Of a stretch of DNA of 64,000 bases, positions 1 to 11,631 are shown one piece after another. The stretch is from Trichosphaerium sp. ATCC 40318 (Eukaryota > Protista > Tubulinea): NCBI GenBank assembly GCA_038496445.1, contig JALMLS010000487.1, positions 62,001-126,000 on the forward strand, read 5' to 3'. Position numbers and translations under genes: made by a program. How positions within the stretch are numbered: the stretch's first letter is position 1; the number at the start of each line of letters is the position of its first letter. The notes under the pieces were generated by a model. It saw nothing but the letters and a program-made list of their open reading frames with translations. It was not told the DNA's origin and did no database searches.

Positions 1-499
1 CGAATGGAAAAATAAAAACTCAAAGTGAATAATGGGCTGCTTTCAATGGTGACTCTGAGATTCATTCTGAATATATTAAAACAGGTGGCTTGTAACAATT
101 GCCTACAAATTGTACAAGAACGCGAATACACTTGTGGGAGTACAGTCTGGGCAACCAATCTATGATAGATTCGCAAAGTTGCTCAAATGTAGAACGTGCT
201 TACCTAAAGTACGTCAAACTCTTGGTTCCAAACACTTGTTTTCTTTATTCTAACATTAACTCCTCGGCATACCTTTAACTCATGAGTACTCTGTTAAAAG
301 AGCTAAAATGAACTGGAGTACTATGCTTAAAGGAGAAGATGCGTACTTCTATGCATCTACAATAACCCGTAGACATTCCTTTTCCGTTCACGAGAAAGGT
401 TAGGTGTAAAATCATACCAAACTGATACAAAGGCATCCAGACGCGGTATTCGAACCCCTAAAAAACGCAATCGTTTTTAGTATGTTACCACCTTCACAT

Positions 500-1330
500 G
501 TAAACTTATTTACCTTCGTTTGTTGCTTCACTCAGCGTTTTCAACTCTTCTGTCACTAATATTCTCATCACTGAGATTAATGGTTAATGTATTTCCTGAG
601 CCACTCAGATTAATTTTCTTAACAAACAAGACCGTTCACTCCTTTATCAGTTATAAGCTCACAATGGCAAAGGCTCATGTATTTAACACCAACCAAGTAG
701 GCTAAATTTTCATCTGTCACTGAGAAAAATGGTATGTACTCCTGCAAGTGCCTGTAAAGTACTGTCATCAACGCAATCAAGATAAGAAATATCAATGACT
801 TTTGTACTATTCATTTTTTTTAGAGTTGTTATCTTACACCAGTTTGTTTACAATTAAATAATTTACAATTGAGCAGTATCGTCTTTATTGGTAAAATCAG
901 GGTAGAAGTGTCACTAAGTATTTGCGAATCTGGTCCAGTAGTTAAACTACAGTACCTGGAGGAAACTGAGTACAGATCGCTTTTGCCAACTCCTAAGCGC
1001 TTGGTCGCTTTCATCTCGCCTTGAGAAATAAGACACATAAGCGTTATATCCTTTTTGAGCTTTTTGAAAAAAATTAATAATTCTAAAACTGCATTATCCT
1101 AACAACTTACCAAACTGAGGAAAACAAGCCAATATTATAATTCTGGCATCCTAAAGGAGCCTCTAATTGTGTTTTAATTCTCTTCGCTAATGGTAGAACA
1201 ACCTAAATCATTATTAATCTTCAAGGCTATCTGGAAGAGTGTCAAAAAATTTAATCAAACTAAAGTACCTCAAAAGAATCGAATACTTTACTTATATCAT
1301 CTTTACTAAGGTCTATCTTCTTTGCATTCT
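500..1330 (-). pseudogene. Degenerate leucine-rich-repeat-like gene fragment
   Basis: Minus-strand exon-like pieces give NAKKIDLS, VIDISYLDCVDDSTLQALAGVHTIFLS and KKINLSGS (LRR-like), separated by GT-AG introns and interrupted by stops. Confidence 0.35.
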
Positions 1331-2996
1331 CTTTTAGAGGGTTTATGTATGCTAATAACCATATTTAACAAGAGAACCAAAGAGATAACGCCAACAACAA
1401 AAAATATTCTTCAAACAAAAAAAGAACTCGCTATCACAACGTACTGTAAGAACGATTTAGATTACGTGTGTTTTCACACTCGGTAAGTAAAATGTCCATC
1501 AAAACTACGCATCCTAGCATCGCTACCAATAGGTTGGGTGGCTAAAAAACAAATTAAAACATGGCCGTCACAATTAAACGTTTGCAATTCTATCGGGTCA
1601 GAAAAAATATCTTGTAAGGCGACAACGCCAAAGAGCACAAAAAAAAGAAGGTAAATCCGCAGTCTGATTTTTTTTTGTCTGTGTTTGAAGCGAGAGGGCA
1701 AAAAACGCCAACGAATTGAAATGGTGGGTTGAATCTAACCAAAAAAGCATACCTTATGAGGAGTTGAGGTAAAAGCTCGCTTGATCAGTTGCGGTATGAT
1801 CAATCTGTGCCCCCATAGCGTCTAGTACGGTACCTGTTGTGTGTCAGTTAAAACAATTAACACTAAAATAAAATTTCCCGTCTATGCGCGTAGTTTCGCG
1901 TGAGAGCGTCGTATGGCATAAAAACAAATATGCAGGTCGATCTGAGCGTGATAGTTTAAAAGCGCACCTTCTCAACTAACAGAGTGTCGTATTGCCGTGT
2001 TTCTTTACCCATCAAATTAACATCTCCGCTTACTCTTTGAATTGATGGTCACTGTTAATTGTTTGCTTTATTACATCAAGGCCAGCAGAAACCTTGTACG
2101 CTTCCAGAAATCCACTGCCAATTGTTGTTTTCAGCCATTGGTAACGCGATGAACGGCATCTCTCAGTTCCTGCTTACCGCCTTTGAGATGAATGTTAATG
2201 TCTTGTAACCAGTAATATACTAATGTTACTCAAGCCCAGAGTGTCCATTTGGCTTTTTCAACAGTCTGTTGACTTTTTTGCGGCGGTTTGTCAATTTTTT
2301 TTTGGCGAGTATTGCTAATATGCATTTTCTACGCGTACAAAAACGTTTTATGGCACTTTAAACAAAACTGTGCTGTTTTACAGTTTCTAATTGCTACAAT
2401 GCAACTGAGCTAGCATGCAGCGATTGTCAACAATGAGCAATACATTCTGTAAGCGTTTTTACCTGGTTCAAATGCGAGTGACAATTTGACTTGCGCATAG
2501 GCAAAGTGGTAGAACGCAAAATGTAGCTTTCTTGCAAATATTGCAGAGTTCTTTTTGGCGAACGTAGCTTGTGTAAGAGCGAATACGCTTTGAACAACTA
2601 TTTATGGTTGCAATAACGCTCAGTACAACCTCAGCACTGTGTATACGTGCACCTTGAGTGTTGCAGCCTCAAACAAAATAACTCACAAAAACAGTTTGAG
2701 CGAGAGCCTTTTTGAAGGATCACTCCGGGTGCTTTGTCTAGATAAGCACGATGCTACCGAAAAAACATCAGAGATGAGAAGTTGCACAAGAAATTAAACT
2801 AAGGGTACCTTATGTCGTATAGATGCCACGTAAGAGTATTGAGAGAGTACGAGAGATGGAGAAAGACTATAAACCACAACGGAGCTGCACGAGGTAACAG
2901 TAAAACCCTTATCACCTACGAATGGGATACCTCTACAATAAAGGCCAAACAGAGTTCAAGCCAATACTCCTGTGTGTTGCAGCTTTAAGTCTTCCT

Positions 2997-3000
<4 letters not shown>

Positions 3001-3031
<31 letters not shown>

Positions 3032-3089
3032 TGTCAACATTTTTCAACACAGCTTACAATGTTTGCGGTGCCCTTTGTCACACTACCAC
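3001..3089 (-). mobile_element. Short retroposed (TPRT) insertion: 60 nt + 29-nt poly(A), 14-bp TSD
   Basis: AAGTCTTCCTCCAT occurs at 2987-3000 and 3090-3103, flanking T29 (3001-3029) plus 60 nt; the minus strand reads ...GACAAT-A29. Confidence 0.8.
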
Positions 3090-4154
3090 AAGTCTTCCTC
3101 CATAAGAATCAAAGTCCTGCCTTTTCTTTAACGGTAGTTTTTTGCAAGTTTTCATTTTGTGAGTTTGACTTGAAATACCGCTAGTTTTCGAGATGGTCTG
3201 TGCATACAGGAACCCACTAGCGCACACAAACTAGCGGATTGATGTACCCTTTATGGAGTACTTTATGTGAGGGTAGGGCCAGAAATTCACGTGCTTGCTA
3301 CTGATCAGGAGATACTTTTTTAACACGTGTTAAATTGAAAAAGCGCAATTTCAAGTCAACTCCTGCTTCCGTCCAAGGTTTGTTTCTGTACTTTTTGATG
3401 CCCACTCCTAGACCAAAGTGTATGCTAGCAACATGGACATAACGTGTTCACTTTCACCTGTAGTAGTTGCAAACATGTCGGTTTAATGAGAATGATGGTC
3501 AGTAATATGTTGACATCTCAAGAGCTGCCACAAGATACTCTCCGACAAAAATTATTCACGAATATGGCAACGTCTAATACTACATTGGGTTATGGTTAAC
3601 CTTGTGGTACTCTTGGAGCTGGTGCAAGGAAGAGCTACGTGTACAGCCAAGTAAATTAACACCATCTACGTCAATAATTCAATCTCGCACGGTAATTATG
3701 GTATTACACTAAATTGTGACCGGCAATAATCAGTCAAGATATCGGATAGAATAGTTTCGTTGTTCAGTAACAAACCACAACAACGTCAGGCGTGATGGGC
3801 AAATGCGATTGGATACCCAACACAAACCAATCAGAATTAGTAGTTCAATGCCAATATTAATGTTGTACCTAATGACAAACTGCACTTAACTATAAACCCC
3901 AAACTAAATGAGAAGGCACCAACGAAGACAAAGCCTTCAAATTGTTTGATGAGGTTAACAAACGTAAATGCTTAAAACGATATACAAAGTTCTTCATACA
4001 AACCACATATCTTTGCGATACTGAAACTGGATTTGTGAACAAACGAGAAAGACCATTGTCAAACATTATAATAGAATGATACCAGACAATGAATTCATTT
4101 ATTAGGCTATTCAGATGCTGAACTAACAAGCACATACAAACGTTACATAACATT

Positions 4155-4345
4155 TAATTGCTTGGTTTCATAGTTCTGAAATAAGGCACACTGTAACGTT
4201 TGCAGAAACCTAAAATCACACTGATAGGTTTATCATCGAGAGGTTGAACATGAGATGTATGCGCTGGCCACAACATGTTCATCACATTCTTTTCCTCACA
4301 TTATAAAAGGTATTCTTTTCTAATGTGAGGTGACAAGCGATCAAA
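4155..4345 (-). pseudogene. pogo/Fot1-type (DDE_1) transposase remnant
   Basis: Minus frame FDRLSPHIRKEYLL*CEEKNVMNMLWPAHTSHVQPLDD matches the DDE_1 motif D..SSH...C..NNI..LPPHTSH.LQPLD, with 34 residues between the two Asp; internal stop codon. Confidence 0.55.
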
Positions 4346-4644
4346 AGTTCATTAGGGAACACTGTCAAAATCTTTGGCCAATTTATATTTGTTACATAAC
4401 CTTTACTTTACTTTTATTTGTCTGTGCTGCTACAAACGACTCATTCTGAGACAAGCATAAATTGGTGCCTGCCAAGGGCTTACATCGGAGTTGCACCGAC
4501 CGTTTTCAACACGTGGGTAGACGTAGGGACGCCATCTACTAGATGGACCCAAAGACTAAAAATACAACCTTGTCAAATAAATTCAGATCCTCAAAAAAAA
4601 ATATCAATCAAGAAGGACACACAATAAAATTATGTTGTTTGCTG

Positions 4645-4875
4645 AGCGCTAGTGCCCAGAGTAAAATTTAAACACTTTAGGTGTAATATGGCACATTACG
4701 CTCTTATACATAATAGCGCTAGTTCAAGGTACTAAAGCGCTTATTTTTACATAATCAATCACGTGTTTTAGAGTGATTACGCTTTAGGTGAGGTTATTGA
4801 CGAAATTACGCTATTACACAGAACAGCGCTGGTGCGAGGTATTAAAAACGCTATTTTCGCTTATTTTATCTCACG
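4645..4875. repeat. Degenerate ~110-bp tandem repeat interrupted by the LTR element
   Basis: Recurring AGCGCT(A/G)GT, TTTAGGTG and ATTACGCT blocks; unit motif CACGTGTTTTAGAGTGATTAC (4760) resumes as CACGTTTTAGAGTAATTAC right after the other LTR (12207). Confidence 0.6.
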
Positions 4876-5022
4876 TGTCGTATAACTTAGCTAGGGTTAT
4901 AGGACGAGTTGTTGCAGGTACGAGGTAAGGAGAATTCTAAGTTTATTAATCTTATTACAAAATAAGGAACTTCGTTATATTCAGATAACGAATGACGGAT
5001 ATGAATGTGTTCATATACGACA
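4876..5022 (-). repeat. 3' LTR (147 bp)
   Basis: TGTCGTATA...TATACGACA 9-bp inverted ends; identical to 12060-12206. Confidence 0.95.
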
Positions 5023-5040
5023 TACTCCCTCCTTCTTTAA
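5023..5040 (-). other. Polypurine tract
   Basis: Minus strand AAAGAAGGAGGGAGTA directly precedes the 3' LTR and overlaps the pol stop codon. Confidence 0.85.
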
Positions 5041-8000
5041 GAGAAGCGTCTCTGCTTCTGTATTTCATGGGCGAACACTGTGTCGAAATTGTTTATCCAA
5101 GTGTCCAAGAGTGTGAGCGCATCATCTTTGGTCTTGGTTTTCTTGATATCGCGTTTGAATTCGGATGCGCGATCTCTGTTCTTAATAAATCCAGCGCTAG
5201 GTTCCACAACATTCCTGAGATTTGTTCTGAATGAGCTATGTAGCGTAGGAGTTTTAGTTTTTGAGATCTTCTTCCTGGCGTTCGTGATGATGTCCTTGAA
5301 TGTTTGCATCAGAGGTGGATATTCGGTAGTAGTTTCAACATCAGTGACAGTGTTTTCAGGAGGAGGAGGTAGTGAGGATGGAGGAGACCCTGTCAATGAG
5401 GGCGTATCAATGTTGGTAGGAGCATTGTCAGCGTCCTGGTTGTTCTGTACGGGTGCAGTTGTGTCAACCGTTTGTACTTCATTGTCAGCGTAGTATATAC
5501 GATCATACGCTTCATTTTCACGCAAGTGGTACTTGGCGTGAGGCAGATTCTTTAGAAGTTTTGTGACCGCCTTATACGTGTCTTTATTGATTTGATCGAT
5601 TGAGTCATGTGATTTGTACTCAATGATCCTTTTCATGTCAACACTTTCAGTGTGACCTTTGACGTTGTGTCTGAGTTTGTAAGTTTTAGGTCCGATAACA
5701 CCTGTAACGGTGTACGGGCCGTGTCTTTTGTTTTTAAGCTTTTTAGGTCCTTCACCTTGAAGCTCTTTCCATACCAGTACTTGCTGGCCGATGGAGAATG
5801 TTTTAATAACTTCAGGTACATTTCTATCTTTGTACCTTTGGTATTCAGCTTGTCGTTTGCGCGTGTGTTCGCGAACTAGCTCTTGAGTTTCTGCAATAGT
5901 CTTAACCATATTGGCTGTGTATGTTGCTGCATCAACATGATCTGTAGGCATGTTGGTAGCATATACTTGATCGATTGGTAGGCAAGGTTCTCTACCAAAA
6001 AGAGCGAAGTGAGGGCTAACTCCAGTGGTACGATTGATAGTACTATTAAAGGCGAATTGTAGGAATGGCAATTTATTATCCCAATCATGTGGGTCATTAG
6101 CAGTAAGCGCACGCAGTAATGGTACAGCTGTGCCGAAGGATCGTTCAGCTTGACCATTACACTGAGGGTTATAAGGTGAGATGAAACGATTTTCTATTTT
6201 AAGCGTTTCACATATTCTACTGATTATGGCGCTTCTAAAATTGGAGCCATTATCGCTGATGATTGCTCGGAACGCGCCAAATTTGGTAATGATCCTATCA
6301 CATATTGCATCAGCTACTAGATCAGACGTGGTAGAGCTCATTGGAACGAACTCGTGCCATTTAGAAAGTAAGTCTGAAATAGATAATATGTATGAGTTAC
6401 CTTTATAGGAAGTAGGAAATGGACCAGATATGTCGACAGCAATAACATCCCAGGGATGTTCAGCTGTGATAGGAATCATGTGTCCATCTTTAGTTGTTTT
6501 AGAACGGAACTTTCGCTTTTGGCAGATGTCACATTTAGATGTGTAATTTTGTATGTCTGCTAACATGTTTTTCCAATAAAAACGACTTCTGATATTATTG
6601 TACATTTTATTAACGCCAACATGAGCGCTTAGTGGAGAGTCATGAAAATGACGCAACACGTCTATTTTAAGACAGTCAGGTACAACGATCCTAAAGGTGC
6701 CATTGGCTTTAACATGACCGGGTGGAACTGAGAAATTATTGAGAACACCATCAGAGTCTAATGCGAAAGTGCCATTACGAGTGAGTTTAGGTTGTGAGAG
6801 TGTACTAGTCTCCAACTCAGCAATAATAGGAAATAAGTCAGGGTCAGCTCTTTGTAAATTGCTAATATTTATTTTTCTTTGATTTAGTTCAGGTACAAAG
6901 GGCGAACCATTAACAACAGAAGTGTTATTCACTTTGTATACAATATTACCTTTAGCATCTTTGATATTGAAACTAAGGTTGGCCTTCTCTAAATCTTGAG
7001 GGTCCAATAGCGCTTCTAGTTCTTCTTCAAGTTCTTGATCACCTTCGAATTCAAGTCTTGACAGCGCATCAGCGTTAGCGTGTGATCTACCTTTTCGATA
7101 TTGTATGTCAAAGTCATAGTCTGACAATTTCATGACCCAACGCATGAGAATTGGAGTGGGATCATGGAAGTTTTTAAGATATAGTAAGGCCTTGTGATCG
7201 GTAACTATAGTAAACTTATTAGGGAGTAAGTAATGACGGAATTTAGTGACTGCAGCTACCATGGCCCAGCACTCTTTTTTCCATATCTCCCATTTCTTAA
7301 CTCTTTCTGGTTTGAGCTTTTTTGAGAAATACTCCACAACATGGAGTTCACCATTATGCTCTTGTTCAAGTACCGCACCAATAGAATGTTTAGATGCGTC
7401 TGTATGCAGTACGAAGGGCTTTGAATAATCAGGCGGAACTAAGACAGGATATGATGTAAGCTTATTTATTAGGGTGTTCCATGCTTTTCCTTGTACAGCG
7501 TCATCCCATACAAATGGTACATCTTCTTTGAGTAGTTTGGTGAGTGGTTGAGTTATGCCAGCAAAATCTTTGACAAACTTTCTATAATAACCAGCTAAGT
7601 GTATAATCGAACTGAGTTGTTTCTTACCAGTCGGTTTGACTACTGATTGTAGTTTACTAATTTTACTTTCGCTAGGAACCATAGCTTTACCAACTAATGT
7701 ATGTCCTAGATGATCCATTTCAGTTGCGAAGAGCACTGTTTTCTTAGGAGACATACGCACATTGTATTTAATACATACGTCATAAAATTCTTCAAGGTGT
7801 TTGAGCATCTGGTCAACTGTGTCAGCGCCAGTACCAACATCATCGAAGTAAGGTTCTGTATGATTTAGTGAGCTGAATATATTATTCATGGCTTCTTGAA
7901 ATTCAGCAGGTGAGTTTTTGTAACCCATGGATAGGACGTTGAAAACGTATACTCCCTTTTTAGTGACGAATGCAGTATACTTACGACTGCTGTCATGTAA

Positions 8001-9650
8001 ACGGAATTGGAAGAAGCCTTGAGGTAAGTCATGTGCACATTTGTATTTCCATTTAGAAAATTTATTAAGCATTTCATTACAATCTGGAATTTGGTATGGA
8101 TAAAATTCTGTATTATCATTAACTTTAGCAGGATCTATGATAAAGCGATCGTCACTAGTTTTCTTCCGAAGTACCATAGCATGAGATACCCAGTCGGAAC
8201 CGGTTACTTTAGAGACTATTCCTTGATCTACTAAACGATCAACGCACTTCTGTAGACGCTTTTCATACTTGGCTGCATAGCGTCTTCTTTTAACTCTGTG
8301 AGGTACAGCGTTTTCTCTAATTTTAAGTTTGATGGGTTCATATTTGACTTGTCCATACTTTTTAGGTGGTTTGTAAACACGTGTACCTTTGATCTTTAAT
8401 AAATTGACCAAGTTATTACGCTGGTTCGTATCAAGCACTTTAGTGTTGACTTGAATGTCTTTTAACACTTGATTGTTCTTTAATTCAGTTAACGTTTCAG
8501 TACCTGTATCTGGTGTACGATGGAGAAAGCGTTCTACTGGAGGAGGAGTGCCTTTAGATGGTTCTAGTTCTGGTAGTTCTATAGATTTACTGAATTCTTT
8601 AGATTTGTTAGTAGGTTCAGTATTAGGTATTAACACAGAGTAATCTAATCTAGTTTTATTGCTGTTGATTTTACCTAGGCGGTTTACAAACGCGTAGGCG
8701 AGAACATCTCCCTTTTTAACGGTGATAGGGATGTCGCGGCTATCTTTGTCGCGGTGTAGGATAGTAAGATACACTTTGTTATCTTTACTAACACAGGCGC
8801 CAGTACCAACCATCAAAACCAATACTTTGTGATTCTTCTTTCTAAATTCGAGGGCTTCGTTGATAGTAATCTCGGAGAAGGGTGGTAGAGGTGGCAGCTT
8901 GAAACAAAAGACGACGCCATCGCGGTTATTGAACTCGATTGAAGCATCTTTGTCGGAGATAAGAGCTGTTTTCCGGTAATCAGACGTCTCGAATGATATT
9001 GGTGTGCAATATGTTGCAACTTTCTTAATGTTCATCTTTTGTATAGCCTTCTTGATGACTTGAGGAGGTTGGTTCTTGAGGTCCTCTCTGATTTGTTTAT
9101 CGCCTTTCTTATCAATAAAGTGATCATCACCGCCTTCATTGAGTTCTTTTTCGAGGTCGTCCTGAAATTGTTCAGTAGTGGTGGGAGTGATAGTGGTTTC
9201 TGAGTCTTTGTCAGATAACTCGTTCGGTTTGTTGTACTCTTGCTGGTATAATTTTTCAGCGAAGGGGGAATTATCACCAGTGATAGGTGGTTCAGGCTTG
9301 ACTGTAATGCCAGTGGCATTGCTGAATGGTATAACAGCGAAGTGTGATGAGGCGTGTATCATTTTGTTATGGAGGTCAATGACCGCTCCCGCTTTAATGA
9401 GAGTGTTAATGCCGAGTACAATGTCAAATCTCGGTTTCTCCATGATGTGGAGGTTTTCATTGATTTTGAGGTCCATGAAATCAATGTCGGTGCTAATGAT
9501 TCCTAAAGATTTCTCAGAAACGTCATTTAAGATGTCGCTGGTGACTCTAATGGTCTTACTGTTGTTAATAGGTATGATATCTTTATCTGCTTCTGTTGAC
9601 GTAGTTAATGCAGTCCTTGCTGATGACTGATATGGTTGAACCAGTATCAA
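5037..9650 (-). CDS. pol: Pol: C-terminal half of protease, dUTPase-like spacer, RT, RNase H, integrase with C-terminal extension
   Basis: 1537-aa ORF: FDIVLG (PR), LPQGFFQ and YFDD (RT), HTDAS (RNase H), H..H..CDIC, D-D-E core and GPY (IN). Confidence 0.95.
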   Translation of the reverse strand: MILVQPYQSSARTALTTSTEADKDIIPINNSKTIRVTSDILNDVSEKSLGIISTDIDFMDLKINENLHIMEKPRFDIVLGINTLIKAGAVIDLHNKMIHASSHFAVIPFSNATGITVKPEPPITGDNSPFAEKLYQQEYNKPNELSDKDSETTITPTTTEQFQDDLEKELNEGGDDHFIDKKGDKQIREDLKNQPPQVIKKAIQKMNIKKVATYCTPISFETSDYRKTALISDKDASIEFNNRDGVVFCFKLPPLPPFSEITINEALEFRKKNHKVLVLMVGTGACVSKDNKVYLTILHRDKDSRDIPITVKKGDVLAYAFVNRLGKINSNKTRLDYSVLIPNTEPTNKSKEFSKSIELPELEPSKGTPPPVERFLHRTPDTGTETLTELKNNQVLKDIQVNTKVLDTNQRNNLVNLLKIKGTRVYKPPKKYGQVKYEPIKLKIRENAVPHRVKRRRYAAKYEKRLQKCVDRLVDQGIVSKVTGSDWVSHAMVLRKKTSDDRFIIDPAKVNDNTEFYPYQIPDCNEMLNKFSKWKYKCAHDLPQGFFQFRLHDSSRKYTAFVTKKGVYVFNVLSMGYKNSPAEFQEAMNNIFSSLNHTEPYFDDVGTGADTVDQMLKHLEEFYDVCIKYNVRMSPKKTVLFATEMDHLGHTLVGKAMVPSESKISKLQSVVKPTGKKQLSSIIHLAGYYRKFVKDFAGITQPLTKLLKEDVPFVWDDAVQGKAWNTLINKLTSYPVLVPPDYSKPFVLHTDASKHSIGAVLEQEHNGELHVVEYFSKKLKPERVKKWEIWKKECWAMVAAVTKFRHYLLPNKFTIVTDHKALLYLKNFHDPTPILMRWVMKLSDYDFDIQYRKGRSHANADALSRLEFEGDQELEEELEALLDPQDLEKANLSFNIKDAKGNIVYKVNNTSVVNGSPFVPELNQRKINISNLQRADPDLFPIIAELETSTLSQPKLTRNGTFALDSDGVLNNFSVPPGHVKANGTFRIVVPDCLKIDVLRHFHDSPLSAHVGVNKMYNNIRSRFYWKNMLADIQNYTSKCDICQKRKFRSKTTKDGHMIPITAEHPWDVIAVDISGPFPTSYKGNSYILSISDLLSKWHEFVPMSSTTSDLVADAICDRIITKFGAFRAIISDNGSNFRSAIISRICETLKIENRFISPYNPQCNGQAERSFGTAVPLLRALTANDPHDWDNKLPFLQFAFNSTINRTTGVSPHFALFGREPCLPIDQVYATNMPTDHVDAATYTANMVKTIAETQELVREHTRKRQAEYQRYKDRNVPEVIKTFSIGQQVLVWKELQGEGPKKLKNKRHGPYTVTGVIGPKTYKLRHNVKGHTESVDMKRIIEYKSHDSIDQINKDTYKAVTKLLKNLPHAKYHLRENEAYDRIYYADNEVQTVDTTAPVQNNQDADNAPTNIDTPSLTGSPPSSLPPPPENTVTDVETTTEYPPLMQTFKDIITNARKKISKTKTPTLHSSFRTNLRNVVEPSAGFIKNRDRASEFKRDIKKTKTKDDALTLLDTWINNFDTVFAHEIQKQRRFS

Positions 9651-11631
9651 TCATGGCAGGTATTCTGCGCCTTTCCAAGATAATGTGAATAATTGGGAGC
9701 ATCTCGCCATCAATACTGAACTCACTTGTACCAACATTGCAAGGAACTTCTTTAATAAATTTGTTGTTGTACTTTAGTGCAAGTTCGATGACACCATCAC
9801 TAATCTGGCTCTTCGGTTTCTTTTTGATTGGTGTTACCTTCTTCTTTGGAGGTGTAGGGTCGACTATGAAGGGATCATCATCTTCATCGTCGCTAGAAAG
9901 CGCTAAGGGAGCCGCATAGGGGTTGTTGCTTTGAGGGTGATTAGGCGATTGGTTGTATGGATCAAAGTTATTTTGTTGAGGTTGGTTGTAGAGCGCTTGA
10001 AACCCATTGTTATCTTGATATCCTTGATAAGGAGGAGTGAACGGGTTACCATTGTCTATAGAAAGCGCAATGTTAGATTTGTTCATTGAATTGGAGGACT
10101 TACTATTGTTCCATTGATCCAAATTCTTTTGACGAGCATTATCGCGTTGATTTTGAAAGTTAGCGTATACGCTGCATGTTTCTCCGTTCTTGTGTTCTGG
10201 GCCATAACATGTAGCACACAGAATACGTCCATCTTGTTCAATAGTGCGGGCATAGTTGTTACGTCTTTGGTTGTTTCGATTGTTGTTGCGTTGGTTAAAA
10301 CGCTGGTTGTTACCACGTTGGTTGTTGTGATGCTGCCCTTGTTGATTGTTGTAGTTGTTACGTTGTTGCTTTTGGGGACGTCCACCATTGAAACGGTTGT
10401 TAAACTTCCTGTTGGAAGTAAGCTTATCAATCTTTTTGTTCAACTTTTCTATTTCTTTTTCTAGGTCACGTGCCTTTTGAAGTTGCGCTGATTGAACGCC
10501 ATTATTATCTGTTTGCGAAGAATTGATCCAATGAGGAGGGCTATGAGAAGTGTTTGAAGAATTATTGCCAGAACTATCATGACTAATTAGATTAGAGTGT
10601 GAACTGGAAAGTTTGTATTGAATTTCTTTTTTCTCCGCTTTTTCTAAGATTTTTTCTGCGTAATATTTGGACTTAATGTCACCATTCTCATAGTCTTTTT
10701 TAAGTTTAACGTATGTAGGGTATACTTTAGCTCGGAGGGCTTTCTTTAATCCGAGTACAAATTGTTCCGTGATTGCGGAAGAACGTTTATTAGCATACAA
10801 TGCTGTTTCTTTGAGACGTCTCATGTACTGACGACATGTCTCATCATGTAATTGTACACAATCCCTAAAATGAATCACAGATTGAGCTTTGTCCAGCGGA
10901 GTAATAATTTCCGCGATTATAGCGTCATATAGCTTCTTAGGCTTTGCATCTAGCGGGATCGTGGTAAGTAACTTTTTAAGTTCTTCGTTTTTAACATTTA
11001 CTCTGAGCGCTATGGCTAGGGTTTCATCGTCCACGTCATAAGTTTTAGCTAGACTAACACTGAATTTGTACCAGTGGTCTACAGATGCACGGTTTTTTGT
11101 TTTAAGACGCGGGACATAAGCGAGCACATTTTTTAAAACAGTGGGAGATTTTTTATTTTTTACATTTTCGGATTTACCGGTTTTCTTATTTTCTGTCTTT
11201 TCATCCTCACCGTCGGAGCTGTCCTTATCCGTAATATCGGATTCTGTGGAGTCAGCTAATGTGTCTGATTCATCTCCCACATATCCCCTTTTTACCGCTA
11301 TTGATAGTGGAGTAGGTTGTTCTATGTTGGTTGGACTTTTGGGATGAACTTTCTTATCAGCTTTTACGTTTAATCCTTCAGGATTAGACAACCCAGCCAT
11401 TAATTCTTTTTCGAACTTTTGAGGTTTTGTAGAAGCGGGAGGATCTGTGGGTTCTTCATATTGTTCATCACTTTCTGATGCTTCTTCTGTTTGTTGTTCA
11501 AGGTCTTTGTCTTCACGTTGTATTTGTTCCATGTCATGTAAAGCGGAACTGCCGCTATTACCAGAGTCTAGATCGCTTTCCTCACTGATATTAGGAAGGG
11601 GAATGTCACCTTTACGTGGTGTATCAGTCAT
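9583..11631 (-). CDS. gag: Gag with CCHC knuckle plus the N-terminal protease half (DTG)
   Basis: The open frame extends to 11787, first ATG at 11631; capsid-like region QLHDETCRQYMRRL, N/Q-rich region, CATCYGPEHKNGETC, ends MIDTGSTISVIS...RSR*. Confidence 0.9.
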   Translation of the reverse strand: MTDTPRKGDIPLPNISEESDLDSGNSGSSALHDMEQIQREDKDLEQQTEEASESDEQYEEPTDPPASTKPQKFEKELMAGLSNPEGLNVKADKKVHPKSPTNIEQPTPLSIAVKRGYVGDESDTLADSTESDITDKDSSDGEDEKTENKKTGKSENVKNKKSPTVLKNVLAYVPRLKTKNRASVDHWYKFSVSLAKTYDVDDETLAIALRVNVKNEELKKLLTTIPLDAKPKKLYDAIIAEIITPLDKAQSVIHFRDCVQLHDETCRQYMRRLKETALYANKRSSAITEQFVLGLKKALRAKVYPTYVKLKKDYENGDIKSKYYAEKILEKAEKKEIQYKLSSSHSNLISHDSSGNNSSNTSHSPPHWINSSQTDNNGVQSAQLQKARDLEKEIEKLNKKIDKLTSNRKFNNRFNGGRPQKQQRNNYNNQQGQHHNNQRGNNQRFNQRNNNRNNQRRNNYARTIEQDGRILCATCYGPEHKNGETCSVYANFQNQRDNARQKNLDQWNNSKSSNSMNKSNIALSIDNGNPFTPPYQGYQDNNGFQALYNQPQQNNFDPYNQSPNHPQSNNPYAAPLALSSDDEDDDPFIVDPTPPKKKVTPIKKKPKSQISDGVIELALKYNNKFIKEVPCNVGTSEFSIDGEMLPIIHIILERRRIPAMIDTGSTISVISKDCINYVNRSR

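Noticed and set aside
1808-1860. GCCCCCATAGCGTCTAGT resembling a tRNA 5' end
   Set aside because: No T-loop or complementary acceptor strand downstream
2922-3184. Poly-Phe ORFs
   Set aside because: Artefact of the poly(T) tract of the retroposed insertion
4460-4550. tRNA-like T-arm (GTCGG-TGCAACT-CCGAT) and ACCA end on the minus strand
   Set aside because: No acceptor stem, D-arm or anticodon arm can be built with correct spacing
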